From contig CAVOGR010000001.1 in assembly GCA_963695555.1 (NCBI GenBank), positions 384,001 through 448,000 on the forward strand: a DNA stretch of 64,000 nt, read 5' to 3'. Shown piece after piece: positions 1 to 10,689 of this stretch; positions within the stretch are counted from its first letter, which is position 1, and every line of letters begins with the position of its first letter. The notes under the pieces are model-generated. The model saw only the letters and a program-made list of their open reading frames with translations, searched no databases and had not been told where the DNA came from. Source of the DNA: an uncultured Gemmatimonadales bacterium. GTDB lineage: Bacteria > Gemmatimonadota > Gemmatimonadetes > Gemmatimonadales > GWC2-71-9. The position numbers and the translations under genes were made by a program.

Positions 1-259
1 TCCCACATGGAGTCCTGGTGCGAGCTGCAGACCTCGCCGAACCGGCGGCTGGTCTCCGGCTGGGTTGCCTGCATTTCCTGGATGATCTGGCCGAGCCCGT
101 GAGGGAAGGCAGGTGATTGCCCTCCGGTACCGTGGTGCCCAAGAGATAGTCTAAAGGATTCTTCCTCGGCTGTTCACGATCACGTCATGCACCCAGCCTC
201 AATCTTTGCGGGACAAGGGAGCCGTCTGCACTCCCTCGCGCCCAAAGGAGTCGACGCAC

Positions 260-679
260 ATGGCGCTCAGTGCATTGGATGATCGATCGATAGCGCCCGA
301 GGCCCGGCTGCTGGCCCGGGTCCTCGGGCGCTCGAGCGGCCACTGGGTCACGCTGACCGGCAACCTCAGGTCGCGATACGATCCGCTGGTCGAGAAGTGG
401 AGCTTCTCCGGTGCCAAGTACGGCTGGTCGCTCGGCCTCAAGCACAAGAAGCGGACCATCCTGTACCTGATCCCGCAGCGCGGGTACTTCTTGGTGGCAT
501 TCGTGTTGGGGAAGAAGGCGATTGCCGCCGCCCACGACAGCGACCTGCCGGGCGCCGTGATCGAGGCGATCAACGGCGGGAAACAGTACCCGGAAGGGAG
601 GGGCGTGCGGCTAGAGGTCCGGAACAGGAAGGACCTCGCCGCCGTGGAGGGGCTCGCCGCGATCAAGATGGCGAACTAG
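260..679 (+). CDS. DUF3788-like protein
   Basis: ATG at 260 follows AAGGAG. Motifs W-x-F-SG-x-KYGW, KKRTILYL and EGRGVRLEV resemble DUF3788. Confidence 0.7.
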   Translation: MALSALDDRSIAPEARLLARVLGRSSGHWVTLTGNLRSRYDPLVEKWSFSGAKYGWSLGLKHKKRTILYLIPQRGYFLVAFVLGKKAIAAAHDSDLPGAVIEAINGGKQYPEGRGVRLEVRNRKDLAAVEGLAAIKMAN

Positions 680-762
680 GGAGGGTAGGCGGGTAGGTGC
701 GTAGGTACTCCCTGACCGTATTGTCTTCCGGGGTTCCAGGTATGGTGTAGGTTTGCTGCTCG

Positions 763-1485
763 ATGAATGCGAATGCGATGGGACCCCACGGGGCCGCGCT
801 GCTCGCCTATTTCCGGGGCGACACGCAGGCCGAGCTGGTCATCCGTCGTGATGACGGTCTCGAAGACCGGCTGTCGGTGAGCCACTTCTTCCGCCAGCCC
901 GAGCAATTCTTCCCCATCGAGGTCACGGCCCTCGACTGCTGCCGGGGCCACGTGCTCGACATCGGCGCCGGCACCGGGCTCCATGGTCTGGTGCTCCAAT
1001 CGCGCGGGCACGCCGTCACCGCCATCGACGTGAGTTCCCAGGCGGTCAGCGTCATGAAGGAAACGCGGCGTTCGAGACGCCGGTGTGCCGACATCTTCGA
1101 GTTTGAGGCGGCCCCTTCGACACCCTGCTCATGCTGGGCCACGGCATCGGCATGGCCGAAGACCTGGCCGGGCTGGATCGGTTCCTGATCCATGCGCGGA
1201 ACCTGGCACCAGGCGACGGACAGATGCTGGTGCACTCGCACGACGTGCGAAAGACAGAGGACGCGCGTCACCTCGACTATCACGACGCCAACCGACGCGC
1301 CGGCCGCTACATCGGCGAGATCCGGATCCGGTTCGTGTTTCGGCAAGAGACCGGGCCCGGCGTGCGGGTGGCTGCATGTCGACCCGGACACGTTAGACCC
1401 GCCACGCCGAGCGGGCCCGGTGGGCTGTGAGACAATGGTGGAGGAGGAGAGCGGCGACTTTCTGGCTCGGCTCACGCTCCGGTGA
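763..1485 (+). pseudogene. Class I SAM-dependent methyltransferase, frameshifted
   Basis: VLDIGAGTG SAM motif. Homology continues across frames (FDTLLMLGHGIGM, then GWLHVDPDTL) with single-base indels near 1062-1082, 1107 and 1357. Confidence 0.7.
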
Positions 1486-1544
1486 TCCTGGTGCTCTGGA
1501 TCCGGCTCCTGTGGTGGTCGGTCACCTGAAGACGCACAAAGAAT

Positions 1545-1577
1545 GAGCCCCGCTCGTCATCGGTGACGGCGGGGCTC
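1545..1577. terminator. GC-rich hairpin between convergent genes
   Basis: GAGCCCCGC-TCGTCA-tcgg-TGACG-GCGGGGCTC inverted repeat. Confidence 0.6.
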
Positions 1578-1611
1578 GCAACCGAGAGTCACCCTTCGGA
1601 AGCCGCGCGTC

Positions 1612-2136
1612 TTACATCGTTGCCGGCGGCACCATGGTGTAGCCCAGCTGGGTCATCCAATCGCCGCCATCGAAGTACACATGCTCCTCGGTGACTTTCC
1701 CATCCGCGAAGCGGAGCAGCGTCATTCCCGAGATGCTGACGCTATTGCCGGTGGGCGGGATATCGCCCGGGCCGGTGTTGGTGCCGGTGAAGGTCCAGCG
1801 CACCACGGCAGCATTCGGGAGGTGGATGGTCTCGTCAGCAACCACCATGGCATCGGGGTAGGTGGTGCGGAGCTGGGCCATCACCGCCAGTTGTTCCTCG
1901 CGGGTGTTAGCGTCCATCCCCGCGCCCGAGGAGCGCCGCATCATGGTGGGTGCGAGCACGGCATCCATTCCGTCCATGTTGCCGGTGTTCCAGCCGGTGA
2001 GGAAGGCGTCGAGGACCGGCTGCTGGATCGCAGCATAGTCCGGGGTAGCGGGAGCCGCCGGCTGGCATGCCGACGCGACGAATAGGGTCAGTCCCAGGGC
2101 CAGGTACCACACGCCTCGAGTCCGATGTACTGACAT
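1612..2136 (-). CDS. SnoaL-like/ester cyclase family lipoprotein (copy 1)
   Basis: Lipobox ASAC. Ester-cyclase motif RWTFTGTNTGP..PPTG..V..SG.TLLRFADGKVTEE. AGGAG upstream. Confidence 0.8.
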   Translation of the reverse strand: MSVHRTRGVWYLALGLTLFVASACQPAAPATPDYAAIQQPVLDAFLTGWNTGNMDGMDAVLAPTMMRRSSGAGMDANTREEQLAVMAQLRTTYPDAMVVADETIHLPNAAVVRWTFTGTNTGPGDIPPTGNSVSISGMTLLRFADGKVTEEHVYFDGGDWMTQLGYTMVPPATM

Positions 2137-2268
2137 TCCACTCTCCTGTCATGTTGGGTGTAGGTTGTTGTCCACGGCCCTCGCCGCAGGTTGCACCGAC
2201 GCTAGTATAAGGGCGATCCAGTATAAGGGAAGGGCGGCGTTCTTACTGGTCAAGCACGGGGCGAACCG

Positions 2269-2739
2269 ATGAACGACACGACCTTGCGGGAGCACCTCGC
2301 CGGAATCCTCGCGGGTAAGGGCGCCCATCTCGATCTCCAAGCCGCCCTGTCCGAGTACCCGGGCTCCATTGCCGGCTCGAGAGTCCCCGGGGTGTCCCAC
2401 ACGCCTTGGCGGCTGCTCGAGCACATGCGTATCGCCCAGTGGGACATCCTGGAGTTCTCCCGCAGCATCGACCACGTGTCTCCGTCGTTTCCTGACGGCT
2501 ATTGGCCCGAGGCGGAGAGCCCTCCTACGGCGTCGGCGTGGGCGCAGTCGGTGAAGTCGTTCCTGAGCGATCTCCAGGAGATGCAGGCGCTGGTACTGGA
2601 CGCTGCGACGGATCTTTATACCCGGATTCCGTGGGGCGACGGCCAGACGGTGCTGCGGGAGGCGCTGGTGCTGGCCGATCACAACTCCTACCACCTGGGC
2701 CAGCTCATCCTGCTCGGGAAGGCGCTGGGGCGGCTCTAG
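2269..2739 (+). CDS. DinB family protein
   Basis: GAH, HTPWRLLEHMRIAQWDILEF and DHNSYHLGQ motifs. Confidence 0.85.
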   Translation: MNDTTLREHLAGILAGKGAHLDLQAALSEYPGSIAGSRVPGVSHTPWRLLEHMRIAQWDILEFSRSIDHVSPSFPDGYWPEAESPPTASAWAQSVKSFLSDLQEMQALVLDAATDLYTRIPWGDGQTVLREALVLADHNSYHLGQLILLGKALGRL

Positions 2740-2746
2740 CGGCAGC

Positions 2747-3445
2747 CTACGAAAGCGCCACGATGCCGGGCACGACGTCCCGGGGTGCGCTCCCCGATTG
2801 GAAAACGATGGCGGGACGGTCGCCCAGGAGCGTCGTGCGGTCGTCTTCCACGCGAAGCGTCGAGCCTTCCCGAAGCCCGATCACCGGCGTGGCCGGATTG
2901 GCCGCCACGAACTCGAGCAGCCGTTCCGATCGGGTCTCCCCGCCATGGTTGGGGATGCTCGCGTCGGTGAAGTGTGGGTTGATTTGGAACGGCACCAAGC
3001 CTAATGCCAGGAAGCTCGGGGGCTCGACGATCGGCATGTCGTTGGTGGTCTTGATGGTGGGGCAGGCAACGTTCGATCCGGCGCTCCACCCCACGAAAGG
3101 AACTCCGTCGCCCACCCGTTCGCGGATCGGACCGAGCAGGCGGTCCTGGTATATCCTTGCCAGGAGCTGGAACGTGTTGCCCCCGCCGACCACCACGGCC
3201 TCGGCCGCTTCGACCGCGGCACGTGGGTCGGCGGCCTGGTGAATGGAATCGACCTCGTAGCCCAACGGGCCGAACCGCTCCGCGACCTTGGCGGCGAAGT
3301 CATCGAACGAGAACCGCACGGCAGCGTAGGGTACGAAGAGGACACGCCTGATGTCCGTTCCCAGGAACGCGGAGAGCATGTCCTCCGCGTGGCCGAGGAA
3401 GGTGCCGCCGTAGTTGGTCGAGTTGCTGAGCAGCAGGAGCCGCAT
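2747..3445 (-). CDS. pepE: Dipeptidase E (peptidase S51)
   Basis: LLLLSNST start, GGGNTFQL, GWSAGSN nucleophile, TIKTTNDMPI, QINPHF, GETR..RL.EF. Confidence 0.92.
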   Translation of the reverse strand: MRLLLLSNSTNYGGTFLGHAEDMLSAFLGTDIRRVLFVPYAAVRFSFDDFAAKVAERFGPLGYEVDSIHQAADPRAAVEAAEAVVVGGGNTFQLLARIYQDRLLGPIRERVGDGVPFVGWSAGSNVACPTIKTTNDMPIVEPPSFLALGLVPFQINPHFTDASIPNHGGETRSERLLEFVAANPATPVIGLREGSTLRVEDDRTTLLGDRPAIVFQSGSAPRDVVPGIVALS

Positions 3446-3547
3446 GATTCATCTCCGGTTCGAGCAGCGTCGCCCAACTATGCCCCCGTTCGACGCCCGC
3501 CGCAACGCGCTTCCCAAACCCCGACCCCCACTCCTCCACCCTCCCCC

Positions 3548-3684
3548 CCGCTATCGGCTATCGGTCTGTACGGCGGTTGGGCGGATCGGCGGATCGAAAC
3601 CACTACCCCCTACTCCCTGCTCCCTACTCCCCTCTCCCTACTCCTCGCTCCCTACTCCCTACTTCCTACCTTCCTACTCCCTAC
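3548..3684. repeat. Degenerate short tandem repeats (GGCTATC-like, GGCGGATC-like and a CTACTCC heptamer array)
   Basis: Visible run ccctactccctgctccctactcccctctccctactcc... in intergenic DNA. Confidence 0.75.
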
Positions 3685-3694
3685 GTCACATACC

Positions 3695-3731
3695 AACGGC
3701 CCCGCCAGCGTTACCCGATGGCGGGGCCGTT
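3695..3731 (-). terminator. Hairpin downstream of ester cyclase copy 2
   Basis: AACGGCCCCGCCA...TGGCGGGGCCGTT inverted repeat. Confidence 0.65.
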
Positions 3732-3760
3732 CATGTCTGGAGTGTCGGAGCGGGTTGTTG

Positions 3761-4282
3761 CTACATGCCCGCCGGTGGTGTGATGCTATACCCCAACTGC
3801 ATGTACCAATCCGCCGCATCGAAGGCCACGTGCTCCTCGGTGATCTTGCCGTCCGCAAATCGCAGCAGCGTCAACCCCGAGAGTTTCACGCTCTTGCCGG
3901 TGGGCGGGGCATCGCCCGGGCCGGTATTGGTGCCGGTGAAGGTCCAGCGAAGTACCGCCGCGTTCGGCATGTGAATGATCTCGTCCGATACCACCTTGGC
4001 GTCGGGGTAGGCGGTGCGCAGCGTGGTCATCGCCGCCTTCAGGTCGTCCAGGTTGTCGGCGTTCATTTCCGCGCTCGAGCGCCGCATGACGTTGGCCGCC
4101 ATCGCGGCATCCAGTCCCTCCAGGTTACCGGTGCTCCACCCGGCGAGGTAGGCATCGGCCGCGGGTTGCTGGATCGCGGCGTAGTCGGGGGCTGGTGGGG
4201 CCGCGGGCTGGCAGGCCGCGACGGCCAGGGCGCCAAGCCCGAGGGCCAGCGTCCAGGTGGTGCGGGTACTGGTGATACGCAT
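3761..4282 (-). CDS. SnoaL-like/ester cyclase family lipoprotein (copy 2)
   Basis: Lipobox VAAC. Clear paralog of 1612..2136. Confidence 0.8.
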   Translation of the reverse strand: MRITSTRTTWTLALGLGALAVAACQPAAPPAPDYAAIQQPAADAYLAGWSTGNLEGLDAAMAANVMRRSSAEMNADNLDDLKAAMTTLRTAYPDAKVVSDEIIHMPNAAVLRWTFTGTNTGPGDAPPTGKSVKLSGLTLLRFADGKITEEHVAFDAADWYMQLGYSITPPAGM

Positions 4283-4603
4283 GCGTAGTCTCCCCTCTGT
4301 TGCATTTTGGTCGATTCAATGGTGGGCATGCCGCCGGGCATGCCGGCCGGGAGCCAACATAGGCCGTGGTCACGTCGAAGGGAAGGGGGCCGTGTGGCAA
4401 CCGCCCTCGCGTCCACCTCGTGGCCTTCGTGTGTCGATGGTTACGGGACGAGCTCCGGCATCGCAACCTGGCTGTGTTCAGCACCGATCTTCTTGTGAAC
4501 CTTGCGGGCCCTTCGAGAGTGAGCGCATTGTAATCCTGGCCTGGTGGTATTGGGGCCCTCGATCGTCGTGCTGAGTAGTCGAAGACCGGAGAAAGGGGCA
4601 GGG

Positions 4604-6271
4604 ATGTCTAAACGCGGCAGTCTTCCCATCGTCGGCCGTGCCGAGACCCGGCAAACGCGAACGCAGTCTGAACGCAATCCGCCGAGCATCTTCAATGACG
4701 TGATCGGTCCGGTGATGCGTGGGCCGTCGAGTTCGCATTGTGCGGCCTCGGTCCGGATCGGCCGGTTGGCGCGGGACCTGATGGACGGCCGGATTGAGCG
4801 GGTCCTGGTCGAGTTCGATCCCAACGGCTCGCTGGCCACGACCCACACGAGCCAGGGCTCGGACATGGGCTTGTTCGGCGGGTTCCTGGGCTGGGAGGCC
4901 GATGATGACCGGATGGTCGATTCCGGCCGCGCGGTACGCGAGGCGGGCATCGACGTGGAATTTGCCATTCGGAAGATTGGTGCCACCCATCCCAACACCT
5001 ACAAGCTCACGCTCTCAGGCGCCGGCGTGCGGCATACCATGACCGCCATCTCGACCGGTGGGGGTATGATCGAGGTGGGGGAGATCGATGGTATCGAGAT
5101 GTCTCTGGGGGGCGACTTCTACTACGTGCTGGTGCACACCGGCTCCGACGATGTCGCGCCGCTCATGGCCCACGTGCACGAGCGGATCACCGCGGAGCAG
5201 GTGATCCTGCACGAGGGGCCGGGCACTCGGCTGATCGAGATCCGGGCGCAGCGCTTTCCCGATGCATCTGTGCTCGACGAGTTACGCGCGCGCTTTCCCG
5301 TGACGGGTATCAACCGATTGGCCCCGGTCCTGCCGGTCCTGTCTCGTGCCGACCTCCAGGTCCCCTACCTAACCAGCGACGCGATGCTGCACTTCAACGT
5401 CGGGAAGGACCTCACCTTATGGGAACTCGGCGTTGAATACGAAATGGCCCGAGGCAATCTGGCTCGTCAGGATGTGGTGGACCGCATGCTGCACATCGTA
5501 CGGGTCCTTCGCAACTCGATCCGACAAGGGATCGAAGGTACCGAGTTTGCCGACCGGATCCTCGGGCCTCAGAGCGGGGCCTTCAAGCGGACCATGGAGG
5601 CGGGGGGATTACTCGACGGCGGGATGCTGAACCGCATGATCCTCTACGTATCGGCCATGATGGAGGTCAAGAGTGCCATGGGCGTCATCGTCGCGGCTCC
5701 GACTGCAGGGGCATGCGCGACGCTTCCAGGGGCCGTGATCGCGGCAGCCGAGGTCATGGGTCGCACCGAGGAGGACATGGCCAAAGCCATGCTCGCGGCC
5801 GGCATGATCGGCGTCTTCATCGCCGGGCACTCGAGCTTTGCGGCGGAGGTGGGCGGGTGCCAGGCGGAGACCGGGTCGGGTGCGTCGATGGCTGCGGCAG
5901 CGTTGGTCACTATGGCCGGCGGGACTGCGGAGCAAGCGGTCGGCGCCGCGTCGGTCGCGCTCCAGAACTCGCTCGGTATGATCTGCGATCCGGTGGCCAA
6001 CCGGGTGGAGGTCCCCTGTCTGGGCAAGAACGTCATGGGTGCGGCGAACGCGCTGTGTTGTGCCAACATGCTCTTGGCCGGCTACGATCCGGTGATTCCA
6101 CTCGATGAGGTCATCGACACCCACCACACCGTGGGCAACAACATTCCCTGCGAGCTGCGCTGTACCGCGCAGGGCGGCCTGTCGGTCACCCCGACGTCCA
6201 AGCGGTTGGAGGAGCGGTTGGCGGCTGGAGGCGAGGGTTCAACGATTCTTCCGCTTACGACCAAGAATTGA
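4604..6271 (+). CDS. Fe-S L-serine dehydratase, fused beta+alpha chains
   Basis: N-terminal beta-chain motif SIFNDVIGPVMRGPSSSH. C-terminal alpha-chain motifs IVAAPTAGAC, GGCQAETG and LGMICDPVANRVEVPC. Confidence 0.88.
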   Translation: MSKRGSLPIVGRAETRQTRTQSERNPPSIFNDVIGPVMRGPSSSHCAASVRIGRLARDLMDGRIERVLVEFDPNGSLATTHTSQGSDMGLFGGFLGWEADDDRMVDSGRAVREAGIDVEFAIRKIGATHPNTYKLTLSGAGVRHTMTAISTGGGMIEVGEIDGIEMSLGGDFYYVLVHTGSDDVAPLMAHVHERITAEQVILHEGPGTRLIEIRAQRFPDASVLDELRARFPVTGINRLAPVLPVLSRADLQVPYLTSDAMLHFNVGKDLTLWELGVEYEMARGNLARQDVVDRMLHIVRVLRNSIRQGIEGTEFADRILGPQSGAFKRTMEAGGLLDGGMLNRMILYVSAMMEVKSAMGVIVAAPTAGACATLPGAVIAAAEVMGRTEEDMAKAMLAAGMIGVFIAGHSSFAAEVGGCQAETGSGASMAAAALVTMAGGTAEQAVGAASVALQNSLGMICDPVANRVEVPCLGKNVMGAANALCCANMLLAGYDPVIPLDEVIDTHHTVGNNIPCELRCTAQGGLSVTPTSKRLEERLAAGGEGSTILPLTTKN

Positions 6272-6284
6272 GTGGAGATGTGAG

Positions 6285-6707
6285 ATGACTCGTTCGCTTC
6301 ATGGTCCTGCGATCCTCCTCGTGTGTCTCACGGTAATGGTTGCGTGCGGAGATAGCACCGACCCCGACCCGACGAATGGGATCGTCGGCAGCTATGTCGC
6401 CACGACTTTCACGTTGGATCAAGGCGGTCCGCTGATCGACCTCCTGAGTGCCGGCAGCTCGCTGACCCTCACCCTCACGGGTGGCGGAACCACAACCGGT
6501 ACTCTCTTCGTGCCTGCCAGCGTAGCGGGTGGAACCGACTTCCAGGCGGACATGGCCGGCGCGTATCAGGTCGTCGGGAATACGGTCACCTTTCAGCAGA
6601 ACGCGGACACGTTTGTCCGCGACGCGACCTGGTCCATCGTCGGTACCACACTCACCACCGTGTTTACGTCGGGAGAGACGATTTCAGTCATCTTGACCAA
6701 GCAGTGA
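6285..6707 (+). CDS. Hypothetical beta-rich lipoprotein
   Basis: Signal peptide with lipobox MVAC and a Thr/Gly-rich beta-strand body. Follows the serine dehydratase gene closely. Confidence 0.7.
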   Translation: MTRSLHGPAILLVCLTVMVACGDSTDPDPTNGIVGSYVATTFTLDQGGPLIDLLSAGSSLTLTLTGGGTTTGTLFVPASVAGGTDFQADMAGAYQVVGNTVTFQQNADTFVRDATWSIVGTTLTTVFTSGETISVILTKQ

Positions 6708-6767
6708 TCCCAATCTGAGGCATGCCGAGGCGTCCAGCGTCAGCGCTTGAGCGAACGAGAGGGCCCG

Positions 6768-7892
6768 CTACCGATTCTCTGGCTGGCCGGGCCGGCCTGC
6801 CGTCCCATTTCCGACTCGTTGGATCACCCAGTCAACCACGAATGACGGGTATCCCGGCGCGGCACTCCAACCACCCTCAGCATCCCTCACTGCGACACCA
6901 TGGTTGGCACCGGGGAACACCCTGATGGTCAGTAGTTCCGGGTTGCCGCTCCTCGCGAATGCCTCACGCATGGCGGTCACGCTCGCTTCCACCGGAACGA
7001 TACGGTCGGCGCCGCCGAACACGGCCAACATGGGCACGCGGAGCCGCTCGAGCACCGGCACGGGTTCGTAGGCGTTGTGCGCCGCGAACGAGAGGAGCCG
7101 CGGATGCTGCAGCAACTCATCGCGGTTACCCATCGGCGCGCCCCGATAGTAATCCGTGAACCACGGCTGGTCCTGGACCGCGTCCCAGGCTTCCTGGGCC
7201 GCCGCCCGGTCAGCACCCGTTGCGAGATAAGTCCAGACCAGTCGAATGACCCGGTTGAATTGCTGCACCTGGGCGGCCGGGGCTCCGGTGGCCTCGAACT
7301 GATTGGTCTTGTCGTAGATGTTCTGCTCCAGTGGCGACACGCCAGGGCCCGAGATGGCCACCACGAAGCCCACCTTGGTCGACTTGCTGGCGGCGAGCGG
7401 GCCGATCCACCCGCCCTGACTCCAGCCCAGTACACCGACATGGTCGCCTTGGATATCGTCTCGCTGGCCGAGCAGCTCGACCCAGGCGACGAGATCGGCT
7501 GCCGGGACCTCGAGATCGGGCGCCTCCACGTACTGGCCCCCCGACTCTCCCACGCCGCGCTTATCAAAAATCAATGCTGCCACCCCGCGCGAACGGAACT
7601 GCTCCGCCCAGCTCCGGTACCCGCGGTGGCTCCGCTCGCCGGGCTCGGAGCCATGGGTGAACACGACCGCCGGAAACGGCCCCGTGCCCTCGGGTAGAAA
7701 CAGCTCGCCGACCAGGGTGACTCCATCGACCGACGTCACCCGGAGCGTTTCGTTCCGGTCGTTGGGCGCGGCCTGCGTATGCACGTCGAGCCCGGCTGTA
7801 CCGAGTATGCCGGCAAGGACCATTGCAGCGGGGATTCGGATCACGACGAGATTCTCACGATTGATGGGGGGATGCAGATCCGGGAACGGCAC
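6768..7892 (-). CDS. Secreted alpha/beta hydrolase (S9/S15-like)
   Basis: HGSEP oxyanion region, FDKRGVG, GWSQGG nucleophile, GGADRIVP and FPGANHG. Start codon uncertain. Confidence 0.85.
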   Translation of the reverse strand: MPFPDLHPPINRENLVVIRIPAAMVLAGILGTAGLDVHTQAAPNDRNETLRVTSVDGVTLVGELFLPEGTGPFPAVVFTHGSEPGERSHRGYRSWAEQFRSRGVAALIFDKRGVGESGGQYVEAPDLEVPAADLVAWVELLGQRDDIQGDHVGVLGWSQGGWIGPLAASKSTKVGFVVAISGPGVSPLEQNIYDKTNQFEATGAPAAQVQQFNRVIRLVWTYLATGADRAAAQEAWDAVQDQPWFTDYYRGAPMGNRDELLQHPRLLSFAAHNAYEPVPVLERLRVPMLAVFGGADRIVPVEASVTAMREAFARSGNPELLTIRVFPGANHGVAVRDAEGGWSAAPGYPSFVVDWVIQRVGNGTAGRPGQPENR

Positions 7893-7962
7893 ATCGAAGA
7901 CTTAGATGGATGGGAGACCCGTAAGGTTGGAAGGCAGATCGGCTGGTGGGAGAGCACACAAC

Positions 7963-8036
7963 AATCCCCCCCACGTCGTGACCGACGGGGGGGCTTTGGG
8001 CTCCAGCAACAGGCCCGGCGCGACTCTCATTCGCGA
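7963..8036 (-). repeat. Degenerate copy of the tRNA-Arg(CCG) 3' end plus downstream hairpin (att-like scar, copy 3)
   Basis: TCCAGCAACAGGCCCGGCGCGACTC (8002-8026) matches 14734-14758 with one mismatch. The hairpin CCCC-ACGTCG-tgac-CGACG-GGGG is homologous to 14695-14727. Confidence 0.8.
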
Positions 8037-8043
8037 GTGCTGG

Positions 8044-10689
8044 CTAGAATGTCGCTGTCACGCGACTCACCACCATGCGGCCGATCGCCGGCGCGCCGAG
8101 GAACTCCACATGCCGGTTGTCAAACAGATTGTACCCGGCAAGATCGAGGACCAGATCTTGGATCCACGGTAATCGATAGCGGATGCTCGCGTCCATGACC
8201 TGGTATGCGTCAACGGTGCCCTGGTACACGCCCGACACAACGGGGAACGACGACACCGCTCGGGCCTGGATACCGAGACTCAGTCCTGCCTGTTTGTGGG
8301 TGTACTGAACCTCGACCGCTCCCTTGGTGGTGGGCCCGTTCAGCAAGTAGTCCGTGAACCGGTTCACCCTGGGGATGGAGTCGTCGCTCACCAGCGACAC
8401 GAAGGCACGTAGCCGAAGGGCGTCGGTGACCCACGACTCCACTGAGAGGTCGGCGCCGTAGAGGGTGGCACTCCCTCCCTGTCGATTGAAGATCAGGATA
8501 TCCGTTGGGTCGGTCGCCTCAACGGGGGAGATCACGCCGGCAGGAATACTGGCGAGCGTCCGCGCCAACGCATCAGCCTGCTCCGAGGACAGGCCCAGGG
8601 AGGCAAGGTAGCGCGCCACGTCGGCACCATCCAAGAATGCGTTTGGGGTTTGCACCCTCGGCGAGCTCACCAAGTTCGAGATGTGTGTTGCGTACAGGTC
8701 GACGGAGATTCGCGTGTGACCGCCGAGCACGCCGGTGTAGCCCAGCTCGACGGTATTGTTGAGTTCCCGCTCGTTGCGTCCGATGTTCTCGGGGGCCTCG
8801 GTCAGCGGATCGAACTGCTCAGTATCGACATTGAGCACGGCGAGTACGGTGCCCACCTGACCGGCGGTCGGGGCCGGCAGGTCCGGAATGCTCGGGTCCT
8901 GGGACTGGACCATGTCGAGCAGTTGATCCCATTGGCGCGTCGCGTCGGCCGGGATGAAGGCTCCTGGTCCTCCCTCTGCCGGAGGCGTGAACGGTGACCG
9001 CATGCATAAGCCGCCGGCGCAGTCTCGCGGGAAGGTGAAGCCGCGGGGACGGCCGACGGCGCGGATGTTGTACGGCAGGGCACCCAACCGACCGGCGAGG
9101 ATGTCCTGAAAGAGATCGCTCGGGTCCGGGGGACTGAACGCCCGGTTGTAGGAGAGCCTGAGCGTGTGCATGGGAGTAGGCGCAAACAGCACCGAGATCC
9201 GGGGAGAGAGCGCGACGTCGTCCAAGAAACTGTGATAGTCGACCCGGCCGGCGGTGACCGCGGTCCATTGGGTGGATAGGCGGGTCGTGGCGTGGACGTA
9301 GGTCCCGACCTCGTTCAGGTTGTCGTTCGATTCGTTGCGCCCGTGAATCGTCCCCGCGGTCCTCGGAATGGTTCGTTGAAAATCGACGCCGTATTGGATC
9401 GTGGTACGGTCGGCAACCTCGCTGGCGTACTTCACTTGTCCGGCGAACGCGCGCGAGTGATCGACGAGGCGGTTCCCGGTTCGGAGCTGGTACGTGTCGC
9501 CCGCCTCGCTCATGTTGAGAAACAGGTTCACGGACAATGGGGCGCGCTCCACGCGGCCTTGCAGGAAGGAATAGGTCCACCCTTTGACTTGCACTGCTCC
9601 AACTTCGCTGGTCAAGTCGATGACATTGACGGCGCGGGCGAGGCCCCCGGTGAGATTCACGGAGGTCGCGAGATCGGGACGCCACTCGAGTCGCGTCTCG
9701 CCGGAGAACCGTGCCACGTAGAAGTCCCGAGCCCCGATCAACAGGGTGTCGGCAGCCGCGCCGGCGTCGAGGGCGTGTTGCCGGTTGGCCTGTTCTACCG
9801 GGTCGCGATACTCCCAATCGTTTCCCCGCGTGTAGTCTGCCGACACCTTGATCCCGACACGCTGGGAGAGCAGGCGGCTGTGTCGGAACGTCCCCTGGAA
9901 CACTGAGCGTTCCCCGGCCGCGGCCGAGAGGCTGGTGCCCTGTGATTCGAAGGGAGACCGGGTCACGATGTGCAGTACCCCGCGGTCTGCGTCGGTCCGT
10001 ACAGCGCCGATCCGGGGCCGCGCATGAGCTCGATCCGCTCGATGTCATTGCTGGTGGTCGCAATGAGGTAGGGAACGTTGAAGCCGAGCGACGGGATCGA
10101 CGCGAACCGGTAGTCCGTGACGGTTCGGAGGGCCTGGGTGTTGGCGCTCCGCGCCCCCGTACCCCGTAGGTGGCCTGAATGATTCCCTTGGAGGAGATGT
10201 CGACGCCCGGGAGCTCCTTCATGTGGTCGGTGGTGGTGAACGTGACCTTTCGTTCGATGTCCTTGCGATCCACGGTGCTGATGGAGGCTTCGGCGGTGAG
10301 CAGCGTGCCCTCGGTCCGAGAATCGGACACCACGAGCGGGTCGAGCGGAGCGCGATTCGCGCCATCACGACGCGTAGCGGGGCTGTAGCCGACCCTACCT
10401 CGACGCCCTCGATCCGTACCGGCCGGTACCCAACGCGGATGACCGCGACCGTCACGGAGCCGTCGGACACGCCGGCAATGCGGAACTCTCCGCGGTGGTT
10501 CGACACCCAGCCAGTGATCCGCGCGGTGTCGCGGAATATCTGAATGGTGGCGCCGGGTAGTGGTTCGCCGGTCAGGGAATCGACGACCTGGCCTCGGAGG
10601 ATGTGGCCTTGAGCCGCCATCGGTCGCGGGACTGACAACACCAGGGTTGTGAGGAACCCCGCCACGAAGCGGGACCGGAGGGGAGCCAT
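8044..10689 (-). pseudogene. TonB-dependent receptor with carboxypeptidase-like N-terminal domain, frameshifted
   Basis: Signal peptide and G.V.DS.TGEPLPGATI. Plug motifs (ELPGV; IERIE..RGPGSALYG in a shifted frame). C-terminal NLFDNRH...VTATF. Frame switches near 10350, 10140 and 9990. Confidence 0.8.

Noticed and set aside
3548..3684. Possible CRISPR array
   Set aside because: Units are 7-8 nt with no spacers and there are no cas genes. These are simple degenerate tandem repeats.
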